From Eledone cirrhosa (lineage: Eukaryota): a stretch of DNA of 64,000 nucleotides. The notes beneath the pieces are model-generated. The model did not search any database, had not been told where the DNA came from, and worked only from the letters and a program-made list of their open reading frames with translations. Positions within the stretch are counted from its first letter, which is position 1. Each line of letters starts with the position of its first letter. Made by a program: the position numbers and the translations under genes. The stretch is taken from assembly GCA_964016885.1 (NCBI GenBank), contig OZ024741.1, positions 114,886,001 through 114,950,000 of the forward strand. The letters are read 5' to 3'. Positions 41,222-53,672 of this stretch are shown here, piece after piece.

Positions 41222-42334
41222 TTATGTAATATTCGGCTTGTAGTGGGAAAAAAGGGTTTTAGTTCTGTGACGGCAGAATAATGTTCGTTCAATTCTGTTA
41301 TTCAGCAGTTTCTTCTTGTGTGTGATTATGTAATAAATCTCAAGATTACACAATTTGCAGAAATTTTGGCTCCTGGAAAAGCTTTGGGTTTTAGCTAATT
41401 TTTCCCATTTTAGGGTAAACTTTTGATTGCTATCCCTGAGCGTCCAAGCTTTTTCTGCTAAAGTTGTTACATTTCTTTGGCTCTGGTGTTTTATTGAGTA
41501 AGAATGCCTATACAATCGAGATTTAAACGATGTTGCCGTTGATCCCACGTAATACCACTCGTTGCCTCCGGATTTAATGGTACACTTATAAATAATATTT
41601 TTTTCCAGGCAGTTATTGCCGAGGGGGCAGTTGTCAGGATAGGTGCAGTTACAGTTGTGTACGTTGGGTTTTCTCTGGAGTAGTATTGCGGACGAACTTA
41701 GGTGTGGTTTATTTATGTTCTGTAGTGTATTGTCTACTGTTTTTTTTGAGTTCTTTGTACTTAAGTTCTTAGTGTTTTCGTTTAACCTTCTAGTATTGAT
41801 CTTTTTTATGTGTTGTTCAAGGTTTAACGCTGTAGAGTATGACAGTCTTATAATGGTAGGGTTTAGGATTTTGTGGTATTTGTGTGATGTGGGAAAATGT
41901 CTTTTAATTATTTTAAAGAAGAGTACTGGTAAATTTGTACTAATGGAGCTATTGTATTCGGGGTTATACCATAAGTACTCTTTGCATCGCTTTCTATTAG
42001 TTTTGTTTGTTGGTTTACTGGTGTGCATACTATGGTAGTAAGTGTGGTTTGGTGTTGTGTTATTATATCTACCTATGTGGGATTTATTTTGGGTGTTTTG
42101 ATTGTTCCCATCTATGTACTCTATTTTGTTGAGGTAGCCTGCTTTACTAAGGGCGTTATCGTAGTACTCGGCGTGTTCCTTAAATACTTGTATGTTAGAA
42201 GATAGACCCGAGATTCTAAGGGAAATATTTTTAGGGATAGATTTAATTATAGAGATGGGGTGGTTAGACCCAACATTTACGTATTTGAGATTTTCATTCA
42301 ATTTATGAAACGGTTTATGAAACGGTTTAATCAA
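41222..42334 (-). CDS. PLE RT thumb/linker plus GIY-YIG endonuclease (5'-truncated, open frame)
   Basis: 370-aa ORF with SNHP, LWYNP, NIIYKC...YYVGST..FKSR motifs. Confidence 0.8.
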   Translation of the reverse strand: MIKPFHKPFHKLNENLKYVNVGSNHPISIIKSIPKNISLRISGLSSNIQVFKEHAEYYDNALSKAGYLNKIEYIDGNNQNTQNKSHIGRYNNTTPNHTYYHSMHTSKPTNKTNRKRCKEYLWYNPEYNSSISTNLPVLFFKIIKRHFPTSHKYHKILNPTIIRLSYSTALNLEQHIKKINTRRLNENTKNLSTKNSKKTVDNTLQNINKPHLSSSAILLQRKPNVHNCNCTYPDNCPLGNNCLEKNIIYKCTIKSGGNEWYYVGSTATSFKSRLYRHSYSIKHQSQRNVTTLAEKAWTLRDSNQKFTLKWEKLAKTQSFSRSQNFCKLCNLEIYYIITHKKKLLNNRIERTLFCRHRTKTLFSHYKPNIT

Positions 42335-43002
42335 ACCAGAATTTAAATTGAGTGTGACATCCAGGAAGTTAACGGCAACATCGTTTAAATCTCGATTGTA
42401 TAGGCATTCTTACTCAATAAAACACCAGAGCCAAAGAAATGTAACAACTTTAGCAGAAAAAGCTTGGACGCTCAGGGATAGCAATCAAAAGTTTACCCTA
42501 AAATGGGAAAAATTAGCTAAAACCCAAAGCTTTTCCAGGAGCCAAAATTTCTGCAAATTGTGTAATCTTGAGATTTATTACATAATCACACACAAGAAGA
42601 AACTGCTGAATAACAGAATTGAACGAACATTATTCTGCCGTCACAGAACTAAAACCCTTTTTTCCCACTACAAGCCGAATATTACATAAAAGAGGGACAT
42701 CCCCCAACTATATAAACCTTAATCTAGTTAGAAAAATATAAAAACAATCTCTTCTCAACATATATTAATAACCTTAAATTACCATACTAATAATGAAAAG
42801 ATATGCTGATGAGAATAGGTACAAATATGCGATAATGAATGTGTCTAAAAACGTCCATAAGTATGTATATATATGTGAAAATGTATATAAATAAGTAAAT
42901 ATATATATATGTTTGATGTGTATAGTTAGATGTAAGTGTATTCATGTATTAAAGTGCTTATATATATATATATGTATATGTGTGTATATGTATATATGTG
43001 TA

Positions 43003-43061
<59 letters not shown>

Positions 43062-43627
43062 GTGTATGTATGTATGTGTATATGGATGTGTATGTATGTG
43101 TATGTGTGTACACATGGACTAGAGTATGTATGTATATATGTGTGTGTCTATACGTGTGTATATAAAGATAAGTTGAGTATGAAAATGTATACACATGAGC
43201 GCGTATGTATGTACATGAATACATGTGTGTATATATATGCGTATGCATGTGTATATATATGTAAGTATGAATATGTGAATTGTGAGTATATGTATTTTGT
43301 AGAGGTGTGCAAATATATTTGTGTGTGAATGCGTGGGTGAAAGGATACGTGCACTTGAAAGAAAAATTTAAGTCTGAATGTTAATTAAGTGCAAACACAA
43401 AACCAACCACGCATATCTTTACTATCTCTAATCCTTCTATAGATTTAGAAAAATAACCAATAATATATTCTATAAAAAATGTCAAAACAACAGATGGGAA
43501 TCTAATTACTCACTGCCACCAAGAATTCTCACTGCTATCGAAAAACCACTCCTTCAACTATTCTTCTAACAACTTCACCCCTCCCTCCTAATATTCTCTA
43601 TAAAAACTAAATAGGTCCTCAGTAATA

Positions 43628-43744
43628 TTATTCTGATGAAATGACAGTAAATAATAACATTGAAATATTGAATGTCTGCATAACTAAAAGTTTGAGGATA
43701 GCTGTTTTAGGTTATGTAACTGTTATAGAAACACGTGTCAATAG
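43628..43744 (+). ncRNA. Type I HHR with expanded, branched stem II (mirror copy 40145-40261, minus)
   Basis: UUAUU-CUGAUGA-A-AUGACAGU...ACUGUUAU-A-GAAA-CACGUG-UC-AAUAG; internal hairpin CAUAAC-UAAAA/UUUUA-G-GUUAUG. Confidence 0.72.
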
Positions 43745-43778
43745 ATTCCTTTCAACTAAACTATATCCATTCAAATCT

Positions 43779-43882
<104 letters not shown>

Positions 43883-43899
43883 ATACGTACATGTATATA

Positions 43900-43933
<34 letters not shown>

Positions 43934-44336
43934 TACTGATCACGGTTTTTTAAAAAAACTGCGAGAATATTACTTATGCTGAACTCCATATTTTTGTTGA
44001 GTTTTTTCGGAATGTTATGACTGTTGTTTCTTCTAAACAGCTTTTGGTCTAGTTAATGTATGAGCACTACTGAAGACCGATGCCAACCGTGACTATCCCC
44101 ACTGAAAAGTTTCGTGAAATAGTCTTTTAAGACCATGTAGTGCATTTGTAGTTTTCCCTAAATTGACGGTTAAGTATATCTTGATTTTATTTTGAGTTAA
44201 AATTATACTGCCTTTTCCCCAACTTACACACAGTCTGAGGATAAAGTTTTTCTTCTTGATTTGTTTCAAATTAAGATTGTATAACTTCTCTCACATCTTA
44301 CATTAAACATTTTTTCATCTTGATGGAATAGTCACT

Positions 44337-44444
<108 letters not shown>

Positions 44445-44595
44445 ATATAGGTACATGGATGTATGCATATATATATATATATATATATATACAATATACG
44501 TACATGTATATATGCATATATATATATATATATATATATATCATTTCTGAATTTGTTTAGCAAGATTCTTTATCTGAAAACGTGAGTTGAAACCG

Positions 44596-45116
44596 ATATT
44601 GTTATACTTTGGGAGGGTCATGTTACCAATAGGAAACTCACGCACCAGCTGCTTTCACTCCAATTTATTATAAATTAAATTATAAATTTAAAAATTTAGA
44701 AATTTCCGGTTGGTTGGTTGGATCCACTACCGGACGGTTGTTCATATATTGTCAAAGTTCTTTCGTCACACATTCTATGACCTCTTCAATGACTAGGGAT
44801 TCTTTTCTTTGTTTTGGGCCTCTCCTTTGCTCTGTCCTATGCCATATTTGTTTAATAAAAAATAAAAAAAAGATCGCCTAGGACAGAACAAAGGTGAGCA
44901 CAAAACAAAGAAAAGAATCCCCAGTCACAGAAGAGGTCACATAGTGTGTGACGAAAGAACTTTGACAATATATGAACAACCGTCCGGTTTTGGAACCAAC
45001 CAACCGGAAATTTATAAATTTTTAAATTTATAATTTAATTTATAATAAATCGGAGTGAAAGCTATGGTGCGTGTGTTTCTTATTGGCAACATGACCCTCC
45101 CAAAGTATAACAATAT
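44596..45116. mobile_element. Inverted pair of solo pLTR-like units with degenerate HHRs (44751-44793 minus; 44924-44966 plus)
   Basis: Termini atattgttatactt..gggagggtcat shared with the 8833/13081 pLTR; GUCA-C(A)GAAGA-G-GUCACA/UGUGAC-GAAA-GAAC-UU-UGAC. Confidence 0.75.
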
Positions 45117-45155
45117 ATATATATATTTACAATATACGTACATGTGTATATATGC

Positions 45156-45186
<31 letters not shown>

Positions 45187-45354
45187 ATACGTACATGTAT
45201 ATATGCATATATATATATATATATATATACAATATACGTATATATATATATACATGTATATATATAGATATACATGTACGTATATTGTATATATATATAT
45301 ATATATATGCATATATACATGTACTATATTGTATATATATATATATATATATAT

Positions 45355-45593
45355 ATGACAGTCGATTGACTTTCATCAAATCGGACCGCGGAAACAATGT
45401 TTCCATTGATTTTTCCAATTGCTAATACTATCTATCGGTCGCAACTCCAGGTAGAAGCAGCAACGTAAAATAAAGTGTCTTGCCCAAGTACATAACGCAT
45501 CGCCCGGTCAAGGAATCGAACTCACAACCTCACGATTGAGAGTTCAATTCTCTTACCACACAGCCACGCGCCGTCACCTCAGCCGCGCGCCTT
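45355..45593 (-). mobile_element. tRNA-derived SINE, CORE-like (second family)
   Basis: Reverse complement has A-box tggctgtgtgg, B-box gagttcgattcc, then cttgggcaagacactt. Confidence 0.82.
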
Positions 45594-45811
45594 ATATATA
45601 TATATATATATATATATATGCATATATACATCTACGTATATTGTATATATATATATATGCATATATACATGTACGTATATTGTATATTGTATATATATAA
45701 ATATATATATATATAGTTATGTAATAAACGTTGTTTATTACATAACTATTAAGCTCTGTTACCTACATAGAGCACTCTTATTTCGTGGACTTTTCCGACG
45801 GAATTACCTCA

Positions 45812-45985
<174 letters not shown>

Positions 45986-46017
45986 ATACGTACATGTATA
46001 TATGCATATATATATAT

Positions 46018-46254
46018 AAGGCGGGTGGCTGAGGTGACGGCGCGTGGCTGTGTGGTAAAAGAATTGAACTCTCAATCGTGAGGTTGTGAGTTCTATTCCA
46101 TGACCGGGCGATGCATTATGTACTTGGGCAAGACACTTTATTTCATGTTGCTCCTACTTGGAGTTGCGACCGATAGATAGTATTAGCATTTGGAAAGACC
46201 AATGGAAACATTATTTCCTCGGTCCGATTTAACGAAAGTCAATCGACTGTCATA
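46018..46254 (+). mobile_element. tRNA-derived SINE, CORE-like
   Basis: tggctgtgtgg...gagttctattcc...cttgggcaagacactt; homologous to 45355-45593. Confidence 0.82.
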
Positions 46255-46273
46255 TATTTATATACAATATACG

Positions 46274-46304
<31 letters not shown>

Positions 46305-46427
46305 CCAAAATCAAGATAAATCAAACGAATTTAATTCAAATCAAAATTATGTGTGTCATGCCAGAAAGACATGCGCCATATCACCCGTAAAATAAGCTCT
46401 AAGATTCTAATGAGTAGCTCCGAGCAT

Positions 46428-46864
46428 TATATAATAACTAGAAATTGATTAACATATAAATAAACATGAATAATCACAGGAGGTAATTTTTACAAGTGTG
46501 TAACCACACAGAGCTAGGTAGGTAACTAAATAAAGTTGACCAGAACTTCAAAAATAGATACCTTAAAATATGATTAATCTTCCCTGTATATATTCCATTA
46601 AAGAAATATATTTCACCAATTAATCAGATGGTAATTTCTTCCTTGTTGAAAATCCACTTCTGTGGTTTACCATCTGATTAATTGGTGAAATATATTTCTT
46701 TAATGGAATATATACAGGGAAAATTAATCATATTATAAGGTATCTATTTTTGAAGTTCTGATTAACTTTATTTAGTTACCTACCTAGCTCTGTGTGGTTA
46801 CACACTTGTAAAAATTATCTCCTGTGATTATTCATGTTTATTTATATGTTAATCAATCTCTAGT

Positions 46865-46872
<8 letters not shown>
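46428..46872. repeat. ~205-bp inverted repeat with ~30-bp spacer
   Basis: 46428-46633 vs 46666-46872 reverse complementary with few mismatches. Confidence 0.88.
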
Positions 46873-46913
<41 letters not shown>

Positions 46914-46916
<3 letters not shown>

Positions 46917-47657
46917 GTGTAAATATGATAATAATGGAGCTGCGGCGTTGCAAATGGGTTACATATGAAAAAGTAAGTCCTTCATCAGTGGCCTTCCAAC
47001 CGTCCTAGGCATTTCATCACTTTAAAGGCCATATACCTCAGGTTGGTGCGAACAACGGCTAAAAAAAGTGGTTGGGACACGTAAATAAAGGGGACGCTGG
47101 GGTGAACAAACAAAATGGTTTAAGCAACAGAAAGTGAGAAGAAAGGGACAAGTCCCAGATTTCTATGAATGTAAACTCGGTGAAATCGTGAACGAGAGAC
47201 TAAAGACCATCAAACCTGGTTGAAATGTGAGCAAGGAAGGAATTTCGCACAGGTCTAACGGGAGGAAGAAGGGGTCTGGTCTGCGAATTCGGTAAACATA
47301 AGTTCTGTGAAGTCGCAGACGAGAGAAAAAAAATTCATACCGGCTTCGCCAAGAGCGCGCGAGAAAAGAATTCGGACAGGTCAAACGGGAAGAAAGAGGA
47401 GGAGGAAGAGAGGTAGTGACAGAGAAGGAGTGAGTGAAAGTTGAGGAAGAGGCTAACAGTGAGAGAGAGACTGCTAGAAAGGGTAAAGATACAAAGAACG
47501 AAACAGACGGGTGGCAGCAGAGGAAAAAATATATGTGTAAATATGATAATAATGGAGCTGCGGCGTTGCAAATGGGTTACATATGAAAAAGTAAGTCCTT
47601 CATCAGTGGCCTTCCAACCGTGCTAGGCATTTCATCACTTTAAAGGCCATATACCTA
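46914..47657. repeat. Non-coding element with ~125-bp terminal direct repeats (period 618)
   Basis: 46914-47038 is nearly identical to 47532-47656; diverged inverted relative at about 47805-47900. Confidence 0.8.
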
Positions 47658-48049
47658 TATATATATATATATACAGCTTATGCTGATCGGACTCTCATGT
47701 GGTTGTTTTTACCTTTCTTTGAGTTGCTATCCTTCTATGTTTGTTTACTTGACTCGCTCGCTTTACTTTATTTAGCTATTGCTCGCACCAACTGGAGGTA
47801 TATGATTTTTAAAGCGATGAAATACCAATGAAGGTTGGAAAATCACTGATGAAGGACTATTTTTATCATATGTAACCCATGTGCAACCACGCAGTATTCA
47901 TTCTTCTCATGGAGTCCAGAATTAGCCGTCGAAACGGCTTGAGCTCAGCCGTTGCGGTCCTACTCGTTCCTATTACCCACTCTACTACCCTAAGTATTGA
48001 GTACTTTGTTGTGTTATGGTCCACCTGGTTCCTTACCACATTTCCTTCG

Positions 48050-48083
<34 letters not shown>

Positions 48084-48239
48084 TTGCGAGGTTTTTGAAT
48101 ATAAAAGACACAGAAGTGAAAAGCGAAAACCAACCAAACAGTGAGTGTGTTCTGTCATTAATTCTGGCAATATTACAAAAATATGACCTCCCCAAGTATA
48201 ACTATATATATATATATGACTATCCAGGAAGCTCCAACC

Positions 48240-48398
48240 GTTAAGGTTCTTTTTTTCCGAGAATGTCAATATATATTTATAAAAAAAATCTGTATTTTAT
48301 CTGATGAAAGCGCACCATAATTTGCCTTGGTTGCCCTTGAGATATGTATAATAAAATAAATATGGTTTTATAAATATAGTTTCCATTTATTAATATAT

Positions 48399-48400
<2 letters not shown>
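48240..48400 (+). mobile_element. Solo PLE pLTR with HHR at 48293-48358 (GAAA changed to GAGA)
   Basis: Homologous to 30625-30800; 8-bp stem I UAUUUUAU/AUAAAAUA. Confidence 0.75.
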
Positions 48401-48474
<74 letters not shown>

Positions 48475-48490
48475 TACGTACATGTATATA

Positions 48491-48526
<36 letters not shown>

Positions 48527-48528
<2 letters not shown>

Positions 48529-49781
48529 AGCTAATATAAATTAATATATATGATAAACACTAATACAATCATATAAGTGTTTGTATTGCAAATGACCAAG
48601 TTAGCTAGCTTGAAAAATACTAATTAGATTAATACAGTTTGCCTGTCTCGATTTAAAATAATAGATCAATAAAAACAAACCCATATTGGCAATAGCCGTG
48701 ATACCTGGACAAATTTAAATTTCAAAATCCAAACCTGTTCCGTATATAAGTTTAAATTTCAAAACCCAAATAAATTTCGTAACGATAAGTGAAAAAGTGA
48801 AAAATTCCATTTTCTGTATTCATCAGCAGGTACCCAGAAAAATTGGTATGTTTCACCTCGAAATATTTAGGAGGACTGATAGTCAAATGATAACGCACAT
48901 GGTTTTTCAGCTCCTAGCTACCCCATACTCGTGCTGCTAGAAATAACAGCCGTTCCTATGGGACTAAAATTTAGCTCAACAAAAGGAGCCGTTAATACTA
49001 TATATAGAGTTATAAACTGAAACAGTCTTTTACAATTAATTAGCTCAAATAAAGAATTATTTCTGAGCCGTGAAATACAAGTTAATATAAATTAATATAT
49101 ATGATAAACACTAATACAATCATATAAGTGTTTGTATTGCAAATGACCAAGATAGCTAGATTGAAAAATACTAATTAGATTAATACAGTTTGCCTGTCTC
49201 GATTTAAAATAATAAATCAATAAAATCAAACCCATATTGGAAATAGTATTAACGGCTCCTTTTGTTGAGCTAAATTTTAGTCCCATAGGAACGGCTGTTA
49301 TTTCTAGCAGCACGAGTATGGGGTAGCTAGGAGCTGAAAAACCATGTGCGTTATCATTTGACTATCAGTCCTCCTAAATATTTCGAGGTGAAACATACCA
49401 ATTTTTCTGGGTACCTGCTGATGAATACAGAAAATGGAATTTTTCACTTTTTCACTTATCGTTACGAAACTTATTTGGGTTTTGAAATTTAAACTTATCT
49501 ACGGAACAGGTTTGGATTTTGAAATTTAAATTTGTTCAGGTGTCACGGCTATTGCCAATATGGGTTTGTTTTTATTGATTTATTATTTTAAATCGAGACA
49601 GGCAAACTGTATTAATCTAATTAGTATTTTTCAATCTAGCTAACTTGGTCATTTGCAATACAACCACTTATATGATTGTATTAGTGTTTATCATATATAT
49701 TAATTTATATTAACTTGTATTTCACGGCTCAGAAATACTTCTTTCTTTGAACTAATTAATTGTAAAATCTGTTTGAGTTTA

Positions 49782-49787
<6 letters not shown>
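48527..49787. repeat. Non-coding ~550-bp unit in partial tandem plus inversion; candidate degenerate HHR at 49413-49480
   Basis: 48527-48690 repeats at 49078-49243; 49243-49787 is reverse complementary to the left arm. Confidence 0.82.
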
Positions 49788-49809
<22 letters not shown>

Positions 49810-49835
<26 letters not shown>

Positions 49836-50349
49836 AAAGAATAGAGGTGTAACACACAAGTTATTATATATTGGTAAACGGAATAGAAAATGCTGACAAA
49901 TTGTTCACAGTTGAAAAATGGTTTAATTAGGAATAAAAGAGTATTAGTGATTGTATGGGTTAGTATTCAGTTGTGGTTTTAAGTTTTTAAGTTTTTACCG
50001 GTTGCGCATTTCTAAATGCTTTTCAAAAATAATTTTGAGATAGAGTGTCCGTGCTGTTTGCTCTGATCTGATTAGTTTTGGGAATTCTACCTGTTTTTAT
50101 GTTAAAAAAGTGGCTCCAGCGTTATTTTTGTGTTGCAAAAATGCTTGTGGTCAAAACAATTTTGATTGGTCGGTAGAGGTCATGTGAATGTAAAAAGTTG
50201 ATTTTGCGCCAAGACTGCTTTTATGTTAAAAAAGTGGCTCCAGCAAAAATTCTTGGTCAAAACAATTTTGATTGGTCGGTAGTGGTCATGTGGATAAAAA
50301 ATTGGTTTTGCGCCAAGATTGAGAAATGACTCTTTCACAACAAATATGT

Positions 50350-50415
<66 letters not shown>

Positions 50416-50481
50416 TAGTAGTAAGGTGTTCGATGCTGCGACAATGGCCAGCAGCGATGTGTGTCAAATGGCTATTAAGAT

Positions 50482-50540
<59 letters not shown>

Positions 50541-50712
50541 GCAGAGTAATTCGATGGTCAGTAAGAATGTGTCTGAAAGCAATGGGGGGTATTTTAGCAT
50601 GTCAAAAGATATTTTTCAGCTTTTGTCTTATACGGAGAAGTGCGTGTGTGTGTGTGTGTGTGTGTGTATAAGTCTCTTTGTATGTTGATGTACGCGTGTG
50701 TATGTGTTTGTG

Positions 50713-50769
<57 letters not shown>

Positions 50770-50873
50770 ACCAGTATTTTTTTGCTATACACACACACAC
50801 ACTTATCTTAATAGCCATTTGACACACATCGCTGCTGGCCATTGTCGCAGCATCGAACACCTTACTACTACTA

Positions 50874-50921
<48 letters not shown>

Positions 50922-51337
50922 ACACACACACATACACACACACACACATATATTTGTTGTGAAAGAGTCATTTCTCAATCTTGGCGCAAAACCAATTTTT
51001 TATCCACATGACCTCTACCGACCAATCAAAATTGTTTTGACCAAGAATTTTTGCTGGAGCCACTTTTTTAACATAAAAACAGGTAGAATTCCCAAAACTA
51101 ATCAGATCAGAGCAAACAGCACGGACACTCTATCTCAAAATTATTTTTGAAAAGCATTTAGAAATGCGCAACCGGTAAAAACTTAAAAACTTAAAACCAC
51201 AACTGAATACTAACCCATACAATCACTAATACTCTTTTATTCCTAATTAAACCATTTTTCAACTGTGAACAATTTGTCAGCATTTTCTATTCCGTTTACC
51301 AATATATAATAACTTGTGTGTTACACCTCTATTCTTT

Positions 51338-51343
<6 letters not shown>
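49810..51343. repeat. Long inverted duplication with internal (GT)n/(AC)n, flanked by (TA)n
   Basis: 49810-50540 vs 50785-51343 reverse complementary; left arm has an extra internal duplication. Confidence 0.88.
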
Positions 51344-51397
<54 letters not shown>

Positions 51398-51469
51398 ATA
51401 CGTACATGTATATATATATATATAGTGACGAAACATAAGTCAATTGTATGAACTCATAATCCTTTATTT

Positions 51470-51527
51470 ACCGCTATATATATATTTCGATGATAGCCAT
51501 TGTATGGCTATGACCTCATCAGGCAGT
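51470..51527 (-). ncRNA. Type I HHR
   Basis: ACUGC-CUGAUGA-GGUcAUAGCCAU-aca-AUGGCUAUcAUC-GAAA-UAUAUAUA-UA-GCGGU. Confidence 0.82.
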
Positions 51528-52909
51528 CAGTAAGTTCTTAGATATGCCATCTCTGGGTGCTGATGGTTTTAGAGCCTTGGGACATATGAGCTTGTTAGGG
51601 ATAATTTAATGTTGTCACCAGGAATAATCTTAATTCTCATTGTAGAGTCTAGTAGGATTGGTATTTGACCTCAATGAGGTCGGTGGTGTTGTAAAGTTCA
51701 AACCATTAGGCAAGATGACAATAGTTCCATATGTCTGATTTTCACAAAAAGCATTCCTGGTCAGATATATATTCAATTGAGGTTTATAGCATGAAATTCG
51801 ATACTACATGGCATTCTTAAATTGAGCAATTTATGTGGGGCGGTAATACTGAAAATTATGGTTAGAGTCAAATACTTAGAAAGTTTACATATAAAAAGAC
51901 TTATGTTGGTTGACTTGTACATACACTCACACCCACCCACACAGACACACACAAATCCATACAGATGCATATTTATATGTATGTACACACAAGTGCGTAT
52001 ATATATACAAAAGAGGCTCCCAAATCCAAGTATATGGCAGACATAAAAAGAGGTGGGTGTTATTTTTAAAGAAAAGTAAAGTGGGTGTTTGCAAAAAAGA
52101 AAAATTTTTGTTTAGACTAGACAAAGGTAGGGTGTGATATACATCTTCACAGCAATAGCTTAGGGGCTTTGGAGCTTAGGCGATTCCCTTAGTACAGACA
52201 TATACAGGTACATGCACCCACCCACATTTGTATACCTCTGAATGCGTGTGTATGTCTATATACACATGTGCATTCATACAAGAGAGCACACACAAATATA
52301 CTCTCAAGCATACACTCGAACATTTTTCAAATACAACCTGGGGTATTATTATTTCGTTGCGTTCACATAAGTGCGTACATTCACCTAATCCCGGTATACA
52401 CACAGAACGCACGGTTTGCAGGCACGCATTCATGCGTATAGGGTTAGTACCTTAGGATAATCGCTCTTCCTGTGTGGGCTACTCCCCTCGGGGAAAAGGG
52501 TTCATCAGGTTAAAAAAACGTGGTTTTGCTGACTCCTAACCAGTAGAGGATCTGGTGGACAATCCACTTCATATATATTATATATATATTGGTGCTTTGC
52601 AATAGCGATATATATTCTTCATGTGGGGCGCAGTGGAATGATACACCAACAGATCTAGCTGCAATACGTAAGACGATCTGAAGGCCAGGATCACAAGTGC
52701 CTTTAGGGGTCTAAGTCGGGGGACAGTGACGAAGGCCTGTAGCCGGTTCCGAGGCCGCCTTGAGGCCGTCATCAAACCCAATGTGAGATCGAAGGAACAA
52801 GTCATGAAGACAAACTGACCCAAGTTTGATAAACATATCTTAATAAATAAAACTACTGTGTTACCTTTTCCTAGACAGTAATCTTGCGAACAAATATCAT
52901 CCGCACCCT

Positions 52910-53445
52910 GTATATATGAATGTATATATGGTGTATTTTGCAATACACTGTATGCTTAATTAAAAGCATTTTGAAGACCATTCGTTATTTTTTTTAAATA
53001 GTGACAATGTCACTTATTTAAATTTTTAGCAAGCAGGGAGATAAACTGACAGAGCTCTGTTTCGTACTTTTTGGTACTTATCAAAGGTCACTACTCCTCC
53101 TGTTTGCTGAAAATTATGTGTGTTGGACTCCAACAGAACTCCAGTAATAATCAGGAACTGACCATACAGAGAGGTCGCCGGTCCAGCAGAAATTGAAAAT
53201 TAGAATTGGGCTCTGAAATAGCGATATATATATGAATGTATATATGGTATATTTTGCAATACACTGTATGCTTAATTAAAAGCATTTTGAAGACCATACG
53301 CTATTGTTTTAAAGTGTATTGCAAAATACACCATATATACATTCATATATATATCGCTATTTCAGAGCACCAATTCTAAATTTCAATTTCTGCTGGACCG
53401 GCGACCGCTCTGTATAGTCAGTTCCTGATTATTACTGGAGTTCTG
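52910..53445. repeat. Diverged ~316-bp sister of the 310-bp retrozyme unit, partial tandem plus inversion
   Basis: gccggtccagcagaaatt...gctctgaaatagcgatatatat...gcattttgaagacc shared with the 310-bp unit; inversion at about 53313. Confidence 0.82.
53043..53089 (-). ncRNA. Type I HHR, U3:A8 variant
   Basis: GACCU-UUGAUAA-GUAC-caaaaa-GUAC-GAAA-CAGAGCUCUG-UC-AGUUU. Confidence 0.75.
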
Positions 53446-53593
53446 TGTATATATATATATATATATATACAATATACGTACATGTATATATGCATACATA
53501 TATATATATATATATATATAAATGATTGGAAATTTATACGATGCGTTCGGATCTTTATTTTTATTTTGATATATATATATATATATCTATCTA

Positions 53594-53672
<79 letters not shown>

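Noticed and set aside
46030-46110. tRNA gene
   Set aside because: A and B boxes are present but continue into a SINE body and no clean cloverleaf forms; the same applies to the Meta SINE heads
46666-46705. HHR 3' half (acca...tggt-gaaa-tata-tt)
   Set aside because: No CUGANGA upstream in either arm
52480-52780. CUGAUGA/UUGAUGA words on the minus strand at about 52502 and 52768
   Set aside because: No properly placed GAAA, stem III and stem I
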